A DNA stretch of 64,000 nt. Origin: an uncultured delta proteobacterium. GTDB taxonomy: Bacteria > Myxococcota > Myxococcia > Myxococcales > Anaeromyxobacteraceae. Position numbers and translations under genes: made by a program. Of this stretch, positions 41,632-53,810 are shown one piece after another. The notes beneath the pieces were generated by a model. The model was not told the DNA's origin, made no database searches, and worked only from the letters and a program-made list of their open reading frames with translations. Numbering within the stretch: the stretch's first letter is position 1; each line of letters opens with the position of its first letter. The stretch is taken from positions 256,001 to 320,000 of the forward strand of contig CAVYBH010000015.1 in the NCBI GenBank assembly GCA_963766715.1, in the 5' to 3' direction.

Positions 41632-42715
41632 TTAGGCGAGGGAGCCCGCTGCCGCAACGCCGAGAGGGGGGGTCACCGGATCGCGTCGCATGCCCTCCCG
41701 CGCGTCGGCTTCCAGGCGAACGGGCCCGAGGCGGCCGTCGAAGAACTCGGGGACGAGGACGTCTGCGCCGAGCGCCGGGGCGCCGGCCGCCCGGGCGGCG
41801 AACCCGCCCACGGCGATGCAGGCGTGGGGCGCCGCGTGCCGGACCATCGCCGCGGCCTCCCGCGCCGCGGGCAGGTGCGCGATGGTCGACACGCCGATGC
41901 CGACGAGCGTCGGCTTCCGCTCCACCGCCGCCACGGCGAGCTGCACCGCCGGCGTGTCCGCCCCCAGCACCTCCACCGAGAAGCCCTCCAGCTCGAGCAG
42001 GTGGGCGGCCAGGCGGATCGCGGTGACGTGGAACTCCCCCGGCGCCGCCGCCAGGATGGCCGGGCCCCGGAAGCGCTTCCCGGGAGCGCCCCAGGTCTCG
42101 GAGACCAGCGTGGCCATCCCGAGCTCGGCGAGCTCGGTGGCCCGGTGCTCCTCCACCACGGTGGCCTGGTGGCGCATCCACGCCTCGCCCGCCTGCCGCT
42201 GCACGTGGGCGATGCCGAGGATCGCCCCGCGCGACGCCGCGCGCCTCCCGCCAGCCGTCGACCTCGGAGAGGTAGAGCTCCCGCGCACCCCGGAAGGCCG
42301 CGCGCACGGCGGGCTCGAGCTCCACCAGGCTAGTCGAGGTGCTCCTCCTCGGCGGCCTCGATGCCGCGACTCGAGCGCCCTCCCGAGCCAGGACCGCTCC
42401 TCGGCCGGCAGGTCGAGCCGGGGAGCCCGGCCGGCCATCGCCCGGAGGCAGGCGCCCACGCTGCCCGGGGGGAGCCCCGACGACTCGTGCACCTGCGCCG
42501 CCCAGTGGGCGTGGGCCCGGAACACCGACGGGGCGCGGAGGTCGACGGCCGCGGCGAGCGCGCGGGCGTGGCTCTCCATCTCCCACTCGCAGGCGTGGCG
42601 CCCCTGCGTGCGCCGGTCGCGCAGCGGCTCGGAGGCCGCCAGGATCTCCTCGATCAGGGACGGGCGCCTCGGCGAGGAGCACCGAGGCCACCCGTGCGTC
42701 CACCCGCGCGCGCAT
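41632..42715 (-). CDS. Cobalamin-binding domain protein with CarH-like motifs and no MerR HTH (frameshifts; start approximate)
   Basis: GEAW-x9-EH (W MRHQATVVE EH), PGEFH base-off His loop, LGADTP, VGIGVS, VGG. Confidence 0.75.
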
Positions 42716-42741
42716 GGGGAAGGAGCCTTGCCCCCAGACCC

Positions 42742-43863
42742 TAGATCGTCGCGGCGAAGATGGCCACCCTCCTCCAGACCCTGCTCGAAGGACGCCAGGT
42801 CGAACCCGCTCCCCGACGCCATCCAGTCGAAGTGGGGCGGGATGTGGTTGGGCTGGTTGTAGTGGCCGATGACGTCGTGGTGGTCGGCCCAGGCGGCCGC
42901 CACGAGCTCCCCGTGGATCTGGGAGAGCGTGGGGACGATGCCGTCGTTGGCGGCGGCGTCGGGGATGCGCCCGTAGGCGCGCCGGAGCACGGCGGCGTGG
43001 TCGCGCGTGATGCGCGGCATCCAGCCCTCGGGCGTGCTGGCCGAGAGCCGGTAGAGGGCCACGAAGAGCGCGTGGGTGACCTGGTGCGAGGGGTTCCACC
43101 CGGCGCCCCAGAGCGACCGGAACCCCGGGGAGCGGGCCTGGGTGACCACGGAGCCGTAGCGGAGGCCGGGGCGGTCCTGGCTGGAGGCGTTGAAGACCTC
43201 CATCCCGGCCGGCGAGATCTGGGAGACGAGCCCCTGGTCGCTGCGAACTCCCTCGAGGAACTGGGCGACGGCGCGGCGGCGGTCTCCCTCGAAGTCGCCG
43301 AGCAGCTCCAGGAAGATCTGGTCGACGGCGCCGGTGGCGCGGGAGCGGGGGTTGCGCAGCAGGCGCGCCAGCCGCAGCCCCGCCGAGATGGGCAGCTGCC
43401 CGGTCCGCAGCGTGTAGATCGAGACGAGCGAGAGGAGGCGGAGGAACTGCTGGCCGAACATGCCTCCGAAGAACTGGGCCAGCGGCGTGCCGTGGTGCGG
43501 GGTCGACACCGTGACCACCGACCGGACCGCCCGGGCGCAGCGCTCCACGTCGGCGGGGGTGGGGAGGACCACGCCCGGCGTCACCATCAGCCGGGCGTCG
43601 AGGCCGCCGCTCGAGTGCCCGACCAGGCTCACCCGGCCGGGCGACTCGTCGAGGAGCGCGCTCACCGCCTCGCAGAGGAGCGCGGCCCGGCGGGCCAGGG
43701 AGGCGGTGGGCTCGGTGCGCGCCACCCGGACCTCCCCGTCGATGCCCAGCTCGGGCCCCTTCTCGGCCACGTAGTTCCGGACGTGGCCGAAGTAGGTGAA
43801 GTCGCCGAGGTTGGCGAACCCGAAGAAGCCCGGGACGAGCAGGAGGTGATGGGGGCGGCCCAC
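42742..43863 (-). CDS. Triacylglycerol lipase-like alpha/beta hydrolase (indel near the 3' end)
   Basis: LVPGFFGF, LVGHSSGGLDAR, STPHHGTPLA, NDGIVP..SQ, ADHHDVIGH. Confidence 0.85.
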
Positions 43864-43963
43864 GCCGTCAATCTAGACCGGCGGCGCCCCGGGCGCGCAA
43901 TCCCTTCGGGAGCGCTCCGCCAGGGGGGCGGCGGCGGCCTGGGTCACCAAAAGTGAAATCGGC

Positions 43964-44281
43964 TCAGAGGGTCGACGTCCCGTCCTGCGGGAAGAGCGGG
44001 AAGGCGCGCGCCCCGCCGTCCACCGGGGGGTGGCCGGCCGGGAGCCGCTCCCGCCCCACCGGCGGATGGCCGGGCGGCAGGCGGGGGCACCCGTCGACGT
44101 CCGGATGGCCGGGCGGGAGGTCGCCCTCCAGCTGCTCCTCGGCGGCGGGCTCGACGGAGCGGGCCATCGCCGAGCGGTGCGGCTCCCCCAGGACCCGCAC
44201 CGCGACGACCAGCGTGAAGGCCGTCATGGCGAGCAGCAGGGTGCGCGCGACGGCTTGGACCACGAGCGGGGACGGCTTCAT
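43964..44281 (-). CDS. Small membrane-anchored protein with three LP(P/A)GHP repeats
   Basis: GGAGG RBS, N-terminal hydrophobic helix, LPPGHPDVD / LPPGHPPVG / LPAGHPPVD. Confidence 0.65.
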   Translation of the reverse strand: MKPSPLVVQAVARTLLLAMTAFTLVVAVRVLGEPHRSAMARSVEPAAEEQLEGDLPPGHPDVDGCPRLPPGHPPVGRERLPAGHPPVDGGARAFPLFPQDGTSTL

Positions 44282-44496
44282 GGCGCCTCCTCGGTCGAAC
44301 GATGTCGACCTTCGCGCTCCATAATTGCCCCCTCTCCCTGGCGCGACCTCTCTTTCGCCGCGCCCGGCCACCCGCCGGTGGGGGGGACCCCGGACACGCC
44401 CCGGACAATTGCGCTCGATCAGGGCGGTGCCCGGTCGGTCCGCTATGGTCGGCCCGGAAAAAAAGACGGGATCGCAGCACCGCTCGGAGGTGGGGA

Positions 44497-45790
44497 ATGT
44501 CCGTGTCGTCGAAGAAGGGCTGGATCGTCACGCTGGCCGGCGTGGGCCTCAACCTGGCCCTGGGCATCCTCTACGCCTGGAGCATCTTCTCGAAGCAGCT
44601 GACCGAGCCCGTGGCGCGGGGCGGCTTCGGGTGGACGCGGACGCAGGCCACGATGCCGTACACGGTCGCCATCGCGTGCTTCGCGATCATGATGGTCCCG
44701 GCCGGCCGCCTGCAGGACAAGCTCGGTCCCCGGATCATCGCCAGCATCGGCGCGGTCCTCACCGGGATCGGGCTGCTCGTGGCGAGCTTCGCCTCCCCTT
44801 CCTCCTCCCTCCCCGCCGTCCTCGGCTTCGGCCTGCTCGCCGGGACCGGCTTCGGCCTGGGCTACGCGGCGGCCACCCCCGCCGCGGTGAAGTGGTTCCC
44901 GCCGCAGAAGAAGGGGCTCATCACCGGCCTCGTGGTGGCCGGGTTCGGCGTCGCGCCCGTCTACATCGCGCCGCTCTCCAAGTACCTGCTCGCCAACCAC
45001 GGCGTGGCCTTCTCCTTCCGCGTGCTGGGCGTCGCCTTCCTCCTCGTCACGCTGGTGCTCTCCCAGTTCATCGTGAACCCGGAGAAGCCGCTCAACGTGG
45101 CGGCGCCCGGCTCGGCCGCGGCGAAGGCCGCCGGCGCCGACGTCTCCTGGCGCGTCATGATCCGCAGCCTCGACTTCTGGTCGCTGTGGCTGCAGTACGC
45201 CTGCGGCGCCACCGCCGGCCTCATGATCATCGGCCACCTGGCCAAGATCGTCGCCGCCCAGTCGGGCAACGCCATCCAGGCCGGGTTCGTCTTCGTGGCG
45301 CTCCTGGCGGTCTTCAACGCCTCGGGTCGCATCGTGGCCGGCGTCGTCTCCGACCGCATCGGGCGCACCGTGACGCTCGTCTCGGTCTTCCTGCTCCAGG
45401 CGCTGAACATGATCTTCTTCGCCAACTTCTCCACCTTCGCCGGCTTCCTGGTGGGATCGGCGGTGGTGGGCTTCAGCTACGGCGCCTGCCTGTCGCTCTT
45501 CCCGGCCACGGCGGCCGACCGCTGGGGGACGAAGAACCTGGGGCTCAACTACGGCATCCTCTTCACGGCCTGGGGCGTGGGCGGCGTCTTCGGGCCGGTG
45601 CTGGCCGGGCGCATCGCCGACAGCACGGGCTCCTACGAGCTCGCCTACCAGACCTCGGCCGGGCTGCTCGTGTTCGCCTCGCTGCTCGCGATGTTCTCCT
45701 ACGTCGCCGTGTCGGTGAACCTCCCCGAGGGGGAGATCACCATCAAGGTGGGCAAGAAGAAGCCGGGGACCCGCCGCGGCGGACGGTCAG
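44497..45790 (+). CDS. OFA family MFS transporter (oxalate:formate antiporter-like; stop displaced, end approximate)
   Basis: LG.LYAWS.F, GRLQDK.GPR, AVKWFP..KGL.TG, NA.GR...G..SDRIGR, GLNYG.LFTAWG.GG. Confidence 0.88.
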
Positions 45791-47583
45791 GTCCAGGCGA
45801 GCGGGTAGCGCCCCTTCTCGAGGGTGGGGACGACGATGGTCTCGCGCCAGGCGGCCACGTCGCCCGGCTCGTCGTCGAGCAGGCGGCGCAGCTTCTCCAG
45901 CAGGGGCCGCGCCGCCGCCGGGTCCTTCACCGACCCGAGGATGGCCGCGCGGGCGCGGGTCCAGGCCCGGAGGTGGGCCTCCTCCGCGTAGAGCTTCACG
46001 CAGGCGTCGGCCACGGGGTCGGGATCGGCCTGGAGCGCGCGGGCCACGCCGCTGTCGACGGCGTACGCCTCGGCCGCCACGTCCGCCAGCGCGCCCAGCA
46101 CCTCCTGCTGCTCGCCCACCGCCGGCCCGTGGATCCGGGCGGCGACGCCGAGGGCGTAGGCGAAGAGGAGCTTGTTCAGCTCGGCGACCCGCCTCTCCCG
46201 GGCCAGGCGGCCGGTCCCGAGCTTCGGGAGGTCGCCGCGTCTCGACCGCCTTCGCGGCGCGCTGGGCCAGCTCGAGCAGCGGGAAGGCGCCCTTGGCGGC
46301 CCGCTTGAGCAGCGTGCCGGGCACGAGCAGCCGGTTGATCTCGTTCGTGCCCTCGAAGATCCGGTTCACCCGGTTGTCGCGGTAGGCCCGCTCGATGGGG
46401 TACTCCTCCACGAACCCATACCCACCGTGGATCTGCACCCCCTCGTCGGCCACCCAGGACAGGGCCTCCGAGCCCCACACCTTCAGGATCGAGGCCTCGA
46501 CGTTGTACTCCTCGACCGCGGCGATGTAGTCGCGCTCGTGCTCCTTCGTCCCCGCCACCGTCCCGCCGGCGGCGGTGCGGCGATCGATGAGGCCGGTGGT
46601 CCGGTAGCTCATGGCCTCGCCGACGTAGATGGTCGCCACCATCCGGGCCAGCTTCTCGCGGATCAGGCCGAACTCGGAGATGGGCTTGCCGAAGGCCTTC
46701 CGGTCCTTGGCGTACGGGGCGGCCAGCGCCACCACGTTGCGGCAGCCGGCCACGCAGGTGACGCCCAGCTTGAGCCGGCCGATGTTGAGGATGTTGAAGG
46801 CGATGCGGTGCCCCTTGCCAATCTCGCCGAGCAGGTTGCCCACCGGGATCCGGGCGTCCTCGAAGATGAGCGGCCGCGTCGAGCTGCCGCGGATGCCCAT
46901 CTTGTGCTCCTCCGGACCCGTCGTGAACCCCGGGGCGTCCTTCTCCACGATGAAGGCGCTGAACTTCTCGCCGTCCACCTTGGCGAAGACGATGAAGACG
47001 TCGGCGAAGCCGGCGTTGGAGATCCACTGCTTGGTGCCGTTCAGGATCCAGTGCTTCCCGTCGGGAGAGAGGACGGCGCGGGTCTTCGCGGCCATGGCGT
47101 CGGAGGCCGAGGAGGGCTCGGAGAGCGCGTAGGCCGCGATCCACTCGCCGGACGCGAGCTTCGGCAGGTAGCGCGCCTGCTGCTCCGGGGTCCCGAAGAA
47201 CACGATGGGCAGCGTGCCGATCCCCACCTGCGCGCCGAACATCACCGACCAGGAGCCGAGCACGGTCATGGCCTCGGCGACGAGCGCGCTCGTGGTCATG
47301 TCCTGGGCGAGCCCCCCGTGCTCCTCGGGCACGTCGAGGGAGAGGAGCCCAGCTCCCCCGCCTCGCGCACCAGGCGGCGCACCACCGCGAAGTCCTTCGC
47401 CTCGATGGCGTCGGCCGAGGGCAGCACCCGCTCGACCGCGAACTTGCGGGCGGTGCGGAAGAAGTCCCGCTGGTCCGAGGTGAAGCGGTCGGGCGTGTCG
47501 ATCGGCGTGGCGCCGACCTCGGCGAGGAGGAAACCGCCCCCGGACGGGAGCGTCGCTGCGGTGACCTCGGTGACCTCGGCCAT
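45787..47583 (-). CDS. Acyl-CoA dehydrogenase (about 3 frameshifts)
   Basis: [72 protein letters not shown]. Confidence 0.9.
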
Positions 47584-47661
47584 GGTTCGCCTCCGGAGTT
47601 GATTCGGGAATCGAACGATGATCTACGCGCAGCAAGCCCCGGGGCGTCAAGCAGTCCCGGG

Positions 47662-49242
47662 TCAGCGGCCCGAAAGGTCCGCCGTGGGCAGGAAGCGGGG
47701 CGGGCGGCGCTTCCGGGTGGCCTGCTCGTACGCGTACGCGAGCCGGAGCAACTTCCCCTCTTCCCAGGCCTTTCCGATGAAGCTCACGCCGACCGGGAGG
47801 CCGAACGCCTGGCCGGCAGGAACGGTGATCGAGGGGTAGCCGGCCACGGCCGCCGGGGTGGAGCTTCCCTCCACGAAGTGGTCGCCGTTCACCAGGTCGA
47901 TGGTCCAGGCGGGGCCGCCGGTGGGCGCCACGATGGCGTCGAGCCGGTGCCGGGCGAAGACGGCGTCGAGCCCCTGCGTGCGGGAGAGGCGCCCGCACGT
48001 CTCGAGCGCCTTCCGGTAGGCCGGGCTGGTGAGCGGACCCTTCGCCTGCGCCTTGACGAGGAGGTCCTGCCCGAAGAACCGCATCTCCTCGTCCCGCCGG
48101 GCCTCGTCGAAGGCGATCACGTCGGCGAGGGTCTTCACCCGCGCGCCCGGCGCCCACTCCGGCAGCCAGGCGTCGATCCCGGCCTTCAGCTCGTGGAGCA
48201 GCACCTCCATCTCCGCGTCGTCGTACTCGCCGAGGTGCGGGATGTCGGCCGGGTCGACGATGACGGCCCCTCGACGCCGCATCTCCTCGACGGCGGCGTC
48301 GAAGATCCGGTCCGCCGGCGGCGAGCTCCCGTAGACCTTCCGGCGGGCCACCCCGATCCGCGCCCCTCGCAGGCCGTCGGGGTCGAGGAAGCGCCGGTAG
48401 TCGGGCCGCGCGTGCTCCCGGGCCGCGCGGGTGGCCGGGTCGGCGGGGTCGGGTCCTGCGAGGGCGGCGAGGAGCACGGCGGCGTCGGCGACGGTGCGGG
48501 TCATCGGCCCGGCGGTGTCCTGCGTCCGCGACACCGGCGCGATCCCGGTGCGGCTCACCAGCCCCACCGTCGGCTTGAGCCCGACCAGGCCCGTGGCGGC
48601 CGAGGGGCACACGATCGACCCGTCGGTCTCCGTCCCCACGCCCACCGCGGCCAGGCTCGCGGCCACCGCCGCCGCCGTGCCCGACGAGGAGCCGCACGGG
48701 GTCCGGTCGAGGGCGTACGGGTTGCGGGTCTGGCCTCCCCGGCCGCTCCATCCGGACGACGACTGGGACGAGCGCATGTTGGCCCACTCCGAGAGGTTCG
48801 CCTTGGCGAGGATCACCGCCCCGGCCTCGCGCAGCCTCGCCACCAGGAAGGCGTCGCGCGGGGCGCGGTTCCCCGAGAGCGCCAGCGACCCGGCGGTGGT
48901 CTCCATCGAGTCGCCGGTGGCGACGTTGTCCTTCACGATCACCGGGATCCCGTGGAGCGGTCCGCGGGTGACCCCATCCTTCCGCTCCCGGTCGAGCCGG
49001 TCGGCGACGTCGAGCGCGTCGGGGTTCACCTCGAGGACCGACCGCAGCGCGGGGTCGAGCCGGGCGATGCGGGCCAGGTACCCCTCGACGAGCGTCCGGG
49101 AGGTGGCCCGCCCCGCCGACATGGCCTCCTGGAGCTCGGCGACCGTCGCCTCCTCGAGCTCCACCCCTGCCGCGCCGGCTCCCGCCGGGACCGAAGGGAG
49201 GAAGGCGGTGATCGCGGCCGCTACCGCAACGAGTCGTCGCAT
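47662..49242 (-). CDS. Secreted amidase-signature family enzyme
   Basis: Signal peptide, [45 protein letters not shown]. Confidence 0.92.
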   Translation of the reverse strand: MRRLVAVAAAITAFLPSVPAGAGAAGVELEEATVAELQEAMSAGRATSRTLVEGYLARIARLDPALRSVLEVNPDALDVADRLDRERKDGVTRGPLHGIPVIVKDNVATGDSMETTAGSLALSGNRAPRDAFLVARLREAGAVILAKANLSEWANMRSSQSSSGWSGRGGQTRNPYALDRTPCGSSSGTAAAVAASLAAVGVGTETDGSIVCPSAATGLVGLKPTVGLVSRTGIAPVSRTQDTAGPMTRTVADAAVLLAALAGPDPADPATRAAREHARPDYRRFLDPDGLRGARIGVARRKVYGSSPPADRIFDAAVEEMRRRGAVIVDPADIPHLGEYDDAEMEVLLHELKAGIDAWLPEWAPGARVKTLADVIAFDEARRDEEMRFFGQDLLVKAQAKGPLTSPAYRKALETCGRLSRTQGLDAVFARHRLDAIVAPTGGPAWTIDLVNGDHFVEGSSTPAAVAGYPSITVPAGQAFGLPVGVSFIGKAWEEGKLLRLAYAYEQATRKRRPPRFLPTADLSGR

Positions 49243-49412
49243 CTTGGGGGACCTCCGGTCCGGCAGCGTAGCCCAGCCGCCCTCCCTCGTCGGTGTTTTT
49301 GCTCGACAATCTGGAAAACGCACGATAGAGGATTCGTTCCCGCCCCTCTCTGGGACGGAGCCGCCCGCCACTTTCTGGCGTACGGATTTCGAGAAGAAAA
49401 GAGCAAGAAGCA

Positions 49413-49616
49413 ATGGGTACCGGCACCGTGAAGTGGTTCAACGACGCGAAGGGCTTCGGATTCATCACGCAGGACGGCGGCGGCGAGGACGTGTTCGTCC
49501 ACCACACCGCAATCCAGTCCGATGGTTTCCGCACCCTCGCCGAGGGCCAGAAGGTGGAGTTCGACGTCAACAAGGGGCCGAAGGGGCTCCAGGCAGCGAA
49601 CGTCCGCGCCATCTGA
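49413..49616 (+). CDS. cspA: Cold-shock protein
   Basis: [31 protein letters not shown]. Confidence 0.96.
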   Translation: MGTGTVKWFNDAKGFGFITQDGGGEDVFVHHTAIQSDGFRTLAEGQKVEFDVNKGPKGLQAANVRAI

Positions 49617-49643
49617 TTCCACTTCACGTCCGCTGAAGTGGCG

Positions 49644-49677
49644 AGAGCCCGGCTCCTCGGCCGGGCTCTTCGGTTTT
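49644..49677 (+). terminator. Rho-independent terminator after csp
   Basis: AGAGCCCGGC-tcctcg-GCCGGGCTCT 10-bp stem followed by TCGGTTTT. Confidence 0.75.
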
Positions 49678-51020
49678 CAGAAGTTCTCGTTGATGTTGAG
49701 GTAGATGCCGTGGGAGCCGTCGAGCCCCACGCCGTACTCGATGAGCCCGTTCGTCCGGGTGGGCTTGTTCACGAGCACGCGGATCCCCACCGTGGCCGCC
49801 GGGTACCAGTACTGGAACGCCGGCGCGTTCTGGGGATAGCCGGGAACCCAGGCCTGGCTCGCCGAGTGGACGTTCATCCCCACCGCGCCGCCCACGAAGT
49901 CCCAGATCTGGAAGCGGTACTCCGCCTCGGCGTAGAGCAGCGACTTCCCGATGTGGCGCCCCTCGATGTAGCCGCGGCCGGAGCGCGCGTCGGGGTCGCT
50001 GCCGATGGAGGGCAGGTTCAGGTAGGGGACGTTCCCGAAGGAGAACCACCCGTAGGCCCAGAGCGCGAGCACGTTCGGCTTGGGGAGCGAGAAGTAGGCC
50101 CGGCCGTCGACGTACAGCGACTGCCAGTCGTAGTCGCTCCCCATCCACTTCGGGAAGGCGCGGTACGTGGCCGTGGCGTAGTAGCCGCGGGTGGCGTTCA
50201 CCGGGTTGTCGCGGCTCTCGTAGAGCAGGTCGACCGAGAGGCCGACGTTGTTGTACGGACCGGCCGTGCCGTACGGGTAGCTGGCGAAGGGATCCACGAC
50301 CCCCGGCGCCGCGCCCCGGTCGGACACCGCGTAGAAGCGGTCGAAGTAGACGCCGGCCCCGACGTAGAGGTCGGCGAAGACGCGCCGGTAGGCCGTCTCC
50401 CAGAGGCGGAGCAGGCTCTTGTCGACGATGACCTCGGCGGAGTCCGGGGTGTTTCCGCCCAGTCCCCAGGTGGGCGCCGGGAAGATCTGCCAGTTGGCGT
50501 AGCCGACGAGGCTCCAGTCTCCCCCGCCGAAGTAGATGCTCGTCCGCAGCGGGATCGAGAGCTGGCCCTTCACCGTGTAGAGGATGTTGGTGGCGAACTT
50601 GGAGAGCTTGGCCACCTTGTCGTCGAAGTGGAAGACGCCGGCGCCGGCCACGCCGAAGCCGAAGCCGATGAGGGGACTGGTGAGGATGAAGGGGACGGCG
50701 TTCCAGTGGAACTTCTTCTTCGCCGCCGCCTCCCGCTCCTCGGGAGTGGGCTCGGAGTAGAGCCCGAGGCCGCGCACGATGGCCTCGGGGAGGTCCATGG
50801 TGGCCTCGCTGGGCTCGACCGTGCCGGTCTCCTCCACCGGGCCCGGGCGGGCCGCGGGAGGAAAGGCGGTCTCGAGATCGGGGGCCTTCTCTGAACCTGG
50901 GGGGGGTGAATCCGCGGCCGCCGCCGCCGCCGGATCTCCCGCCCTCACCCAGGCGGGCGCGGCTCCGAGGAGCGCGCTCGCGAACAGGGCGATGGCGGGA
51001 ATACCGGGGCGGCGCGGCAC
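49677..51020 (-). CDS. BamA/TamA (Omp85) family outer-membrane protein, no POTRA domain evident
   Basis: Signal peptide, [26 protein letters not shown]-terminal YLNINENF. Confidence 0.75.
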   Translation of the reverse strand: MPRRPGIPAIALFASALLGAAPAWVRAGDPAAAAAADSPPPGSEKAPDLETAFPPAARPGPVEETGTVEPSEATMDLPEAIVRGLGLYSEPTPEEREAAAKKKFHWNAVPFILTSPLIGFGFGVAGAGVFHFDDKVAKLSKFATNILYTVKGQLSIPLRTSIYFGGGDWSLVGYANWQIFPAPTWGLGGNTPDSAEVIVDKSLLRLWETAYRRVFADLYVGAGVYFDRFYAVSDRGAAPGVVDPFASYPYGTAGPYNNVGLSVDLLYESRDNPVNATRGYYATATYRAFPKWMGSDYDWQSLYVDGRAYFSLPKPNVLALWAYGWFSFGNVPYLNLPSIGSDPDARSGRGYIEGRHIGKSLLYAEAEYRFQIWDFVGGAVGMNVHSASQAWVPGYPQNAPAFQYWYPAATVGIRVLVNKPTRTNGLIEYGVGLDGSHGIYLNINENF

Positions 51021-51044
51021 GCGCGCAAGATAGCAGCGAAGGGG

Positions 51045-51680
51045 CTAGTTGGCGGCCTTCTTCGGGCCTTGGCGGCCTTCTTCGGGGCCGGCTCGACGGC
51101 GATGGCGACGGCCTCGGTGTACTCGGCGTTGACCTTGTCGCCGACCTTGACCTTCTCGAGCGGGATCTCCTTGCCGGCGGCGACCTTGAACTTGCGCCCC
51201 TCGGGGCCGACCAGCGTGACGACGCGGGTCTTCATGTCGATGGCGGCGATGGTGACCGTGCCCTTGATGGTGGCCTTCACGTCGGCGGCCGGCTTCTCGC
51301 CCGGAGCGGCGGCGGCGCCGGTGGCGGTGGCGGTGGGCTCGACCGGCTTGGCGCCGGGGGCGGCCATCGAGAGGACGACGCCCTGGCTGAAGGTCACGAC
51401 GACGAGGTCGCCGACCTTCACCTGGTCGAGGTTCTTCACGTCGGGGCTGACCGTGATGGTCTCCTCCTTGCCCTTCTTGCCCTTGAGCGTCACCTTGCGG
51501 GTGGCGACGTCGACGGCGGTGACGGTGGCGGTGAGCTGCTCGGCGCGGCCGCCGGACACGGTGCCCTTCTTCGACGACTGGTGGACGGTGAGGGGCTTCT
51601 CGGCGTCAGCGGCGCTGGACGGCCATCGGGACGAGCGAGAGCGAGGCGGCGCAGAGGGACAGGAAGAGCTTGCGATTCAT
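51045..51680 (-). CDS. Secreted hypothetical protein with a duplicated OB-fold-like repeat (indels near both ends)
   Basis: GGAGG RBS, MNRKLFLSL signal; repeats TATVTAVD...RKVTLKG...VKVGD.V and GTVTIAAID...RVVTL.G...VKVGD.V. Confidence 0.7.
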
Positions 51681-51778
51681 CGGACCTCCAAAGGTCGTGG
51701 GAGTGGGCGGACATTTTACGCGTGGTGGGAGGAGATTGCCGCTCCTTTTGGGGCGCTGCGCCCCCCGAAGGACGCCCC

Positions 51779-52865
51779 TCAGCTCGCCGGGTAGCGGGCC
51801 CAGGTGCCGCACTGCCCGCCGGCGCAGGGCATGGTGCCGGTCCCGTAGTGTCGGTGCAGGTCGTCGGCCACCTGCTCGATCACGTCCCGCAGCTCGAGCC
51901 GGTCGACCCAGCGCCGCGGGATGGCCTGCTCGCCCAGCACCAGCCCGAGCAGGCTTCCCGCCACGCTCCCCGTGGAGTCGCTGTCGCCGGAGTGGTTCAC
52001 GGCCAGGAGGACGCCGTGCTCGAAGTTCTCCGCCACCATCGCGGCGTAGAGGCCGATGGCGAGCGCCTCCTCCGCCGACCCAGCCTCCCCCGATCGACTC
52101 GATCTCCGCCGCCGACCCGCGCGGCGACCGGGACAGCCACAGCGCCCGCTCCACGGCGCGGGCGGTCTCCTCGTGGCCGGGCTGCCGCCGCAGGACGTCG
52201 AGGGCGCGCACCGCTCCCTCGTCCAGGCTGGCGCCCTCGGCCACCTCGTGGACGAGCTGCGCCAGGTAGCCGGCGGCCAGCCAGCCGGTGGGGTGGCCGT
52301 GGGTGATGGCGGCGAGCTCGCAGCCGGTGCGGAACGGCTGGCCCGGGGGGAAGCCGGCCGGGGCGATGCGCATCACCCCGCCGCAGCCCTTGCTCTCGTT
52401 GATGGGCTCCTCCGGGGTTCCCATGCGCCCCTTGCGCAGCGCCGACAGGCAGGTGTCGCCCGGCCCCCGCACCGCGTGGAGCCCCTTCAGGCGGAAGAGC
52501 CAGCCGTCCTCGTCGGGCAGGCCGCGGCGCTGGACCACGTCCCCCTGGGTCTCCAGCCAGCGCAGGTAGGCGTGCCAGGCCACCTCGGCGACGCGGGCGC
52601 CGGGGTCCTTCTGGCGCAGGTGCTCGGCGCGCAGGAGGGCCTCGGCGGTGAAGAGGGTCATCTGGGTGTCGTCGGTGATCGCGCCCAGTCGCCGGTAGGC
52701 CATGGCGTAGTCGCGAAGGCCGGCGGGGCCGAACTGCTCCTTGATCTCGGCGTGGCTCTTGAACTCGATGGCCGCGCCGAGCGCATCCCCCACCGCGCCG
52801 CCCACCAGGCAGCCGCGGAAGTTCGCCCTCGTCCTCCCGCCCCGGATCGTCCTGGCCTCGTTCAT
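51779..52865 (-). CDS. ADP-ribosylglycohydrolase family protein (frameshift near 52075)
   Basis: [46 protein letters not shown]. Confidence 0.9.
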
Positions 52866-53166
52866 CTCGCGCCCCCTGGCCCGTTCCCGCCGCCGCGCAT
52901 TCTGGCACACCTCCGTCGGGGCGCCTCTCCCCTGCGGGGCAGGGGTCCGACATTCACCATTGAGTCTTCATGTGTACGCCGGAGCGACGCGCCACCACAT
53001 CCGCACAGCCCGACGCACGTTTCCCTCGATGAACACAGGGTTTCCTGCGCTACCCGGGTGCATCGGACCCCTCGATGCCCGTGGGACGGAGAGCGCTTCA
53101 AACCCCGTCCGGACGCGCGTCTTCGGCCGGGCGCGACTTGGCTCGCCAGGTGCTCCTCTCGTGGGC

Positions 53167-53776
53167 ATGACCGGCGCATCGCTCACCTTGACCGCGCTCC
53201 TCGTCCTCCTGGCCGGGCCGAGCACGGAGGACCGCACCCAGTTCAACGCCTACCAGGTGCAGCTGGCGCGCATCATGGCCTCGGAGGCCGGCGCCCGGCC
53301 GTCCACGCTGTCGACGTCCGCGTCCGCCCCGGGAGGCTGCCTCCTCGTCCCGGGCGCCACCAACGTCGCGACCACGCGCGACTGCACCGCCTGCCACGTG
53401 GGCTTCGAGGGGAACCACTCCCACCCGGTCGACGTGGACCACGAGGCGGCGCGGTTCCGCTCCCGGGGCGGCTCGGGCCCGACGCTTCGCCCGGCGGCCG
53501 AGGTCGTGAAGCGCGGCATCTTCCTGGCCGACGGCAAGGTCACCTGCCTCACCTGCCACGACGGAAGCTCTCCCTGGAAGGCCAAGCTGGCGCTGCCTCC
53601 CGACGCCCAGCTCCGCGAGCCGGTGAAGCCGGGCAACCCCCAGACCTACGACCCCGCCCGGATGCGCGCCCTCCGCGATGAAGGGGCTCACCGCCGCCAC
53701 CGGCAAGCAGGTCCTCCCGGCCGGGACCGAGGTCAGCCCGACCCCGCTCTGCAAGGCGTGCCACTCGTTCGACTAG
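53167..53776 (+). CDS. Small multiheme c-type cytochrome, doubled-CXXCH family (frameshift near 53670)
   Basis: CTACH, HSHPV, VTCLTCHD, and LCKACH in the downstream frame. Confidence 0.78.
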
Positions 53777-53810
53777 CGCATCCCCGAGCATGGCCCGTAG
53801 ACTCCGGGCC

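Noticed and set aside
41632..43863. Apparent 743-aa lipase-B12-binding fusion
   Set aside because: The junction translates as low-complexity, out-of-frame sequence. A TAG at 42742-42744 and an ATG at 42715 in other frames indicate two genes joined by indels.
44010..44125. Short DNA repeats that might suggest a CRISPR array
   Set aside because: The repeats are degenerate, encode the LPPGHP peptide and have no cas genes nearby.
44409..44422. FNR-like site TTGCG-N4-ATCAG upstream of the OFA transporter
   Set aside because: Only 7/10 consensus positions match, too weak to call.
44302..46308. 668-aa MFS ORF
   Set aside because: The tail is antisense to the acyl-CoA dehydrogenase, and the real stop is probably displaced near 45770-45790.
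45743..49627. Very long alternative ORFs (also 6688-9918, 20086-23319, 52741-56160, 59107-62370)
   Set aside because: These are Arg/Gly/Pro-rich shadow frames expected in high-GC DNA. They overlap well-supported genes and contain only fragments of real proteins.
52903..52918. TGGCAC motif upstream of the cytochrome
   Set aside because: No TTGC/GC at the -12 position, so it is not a sigma-54 promoter.
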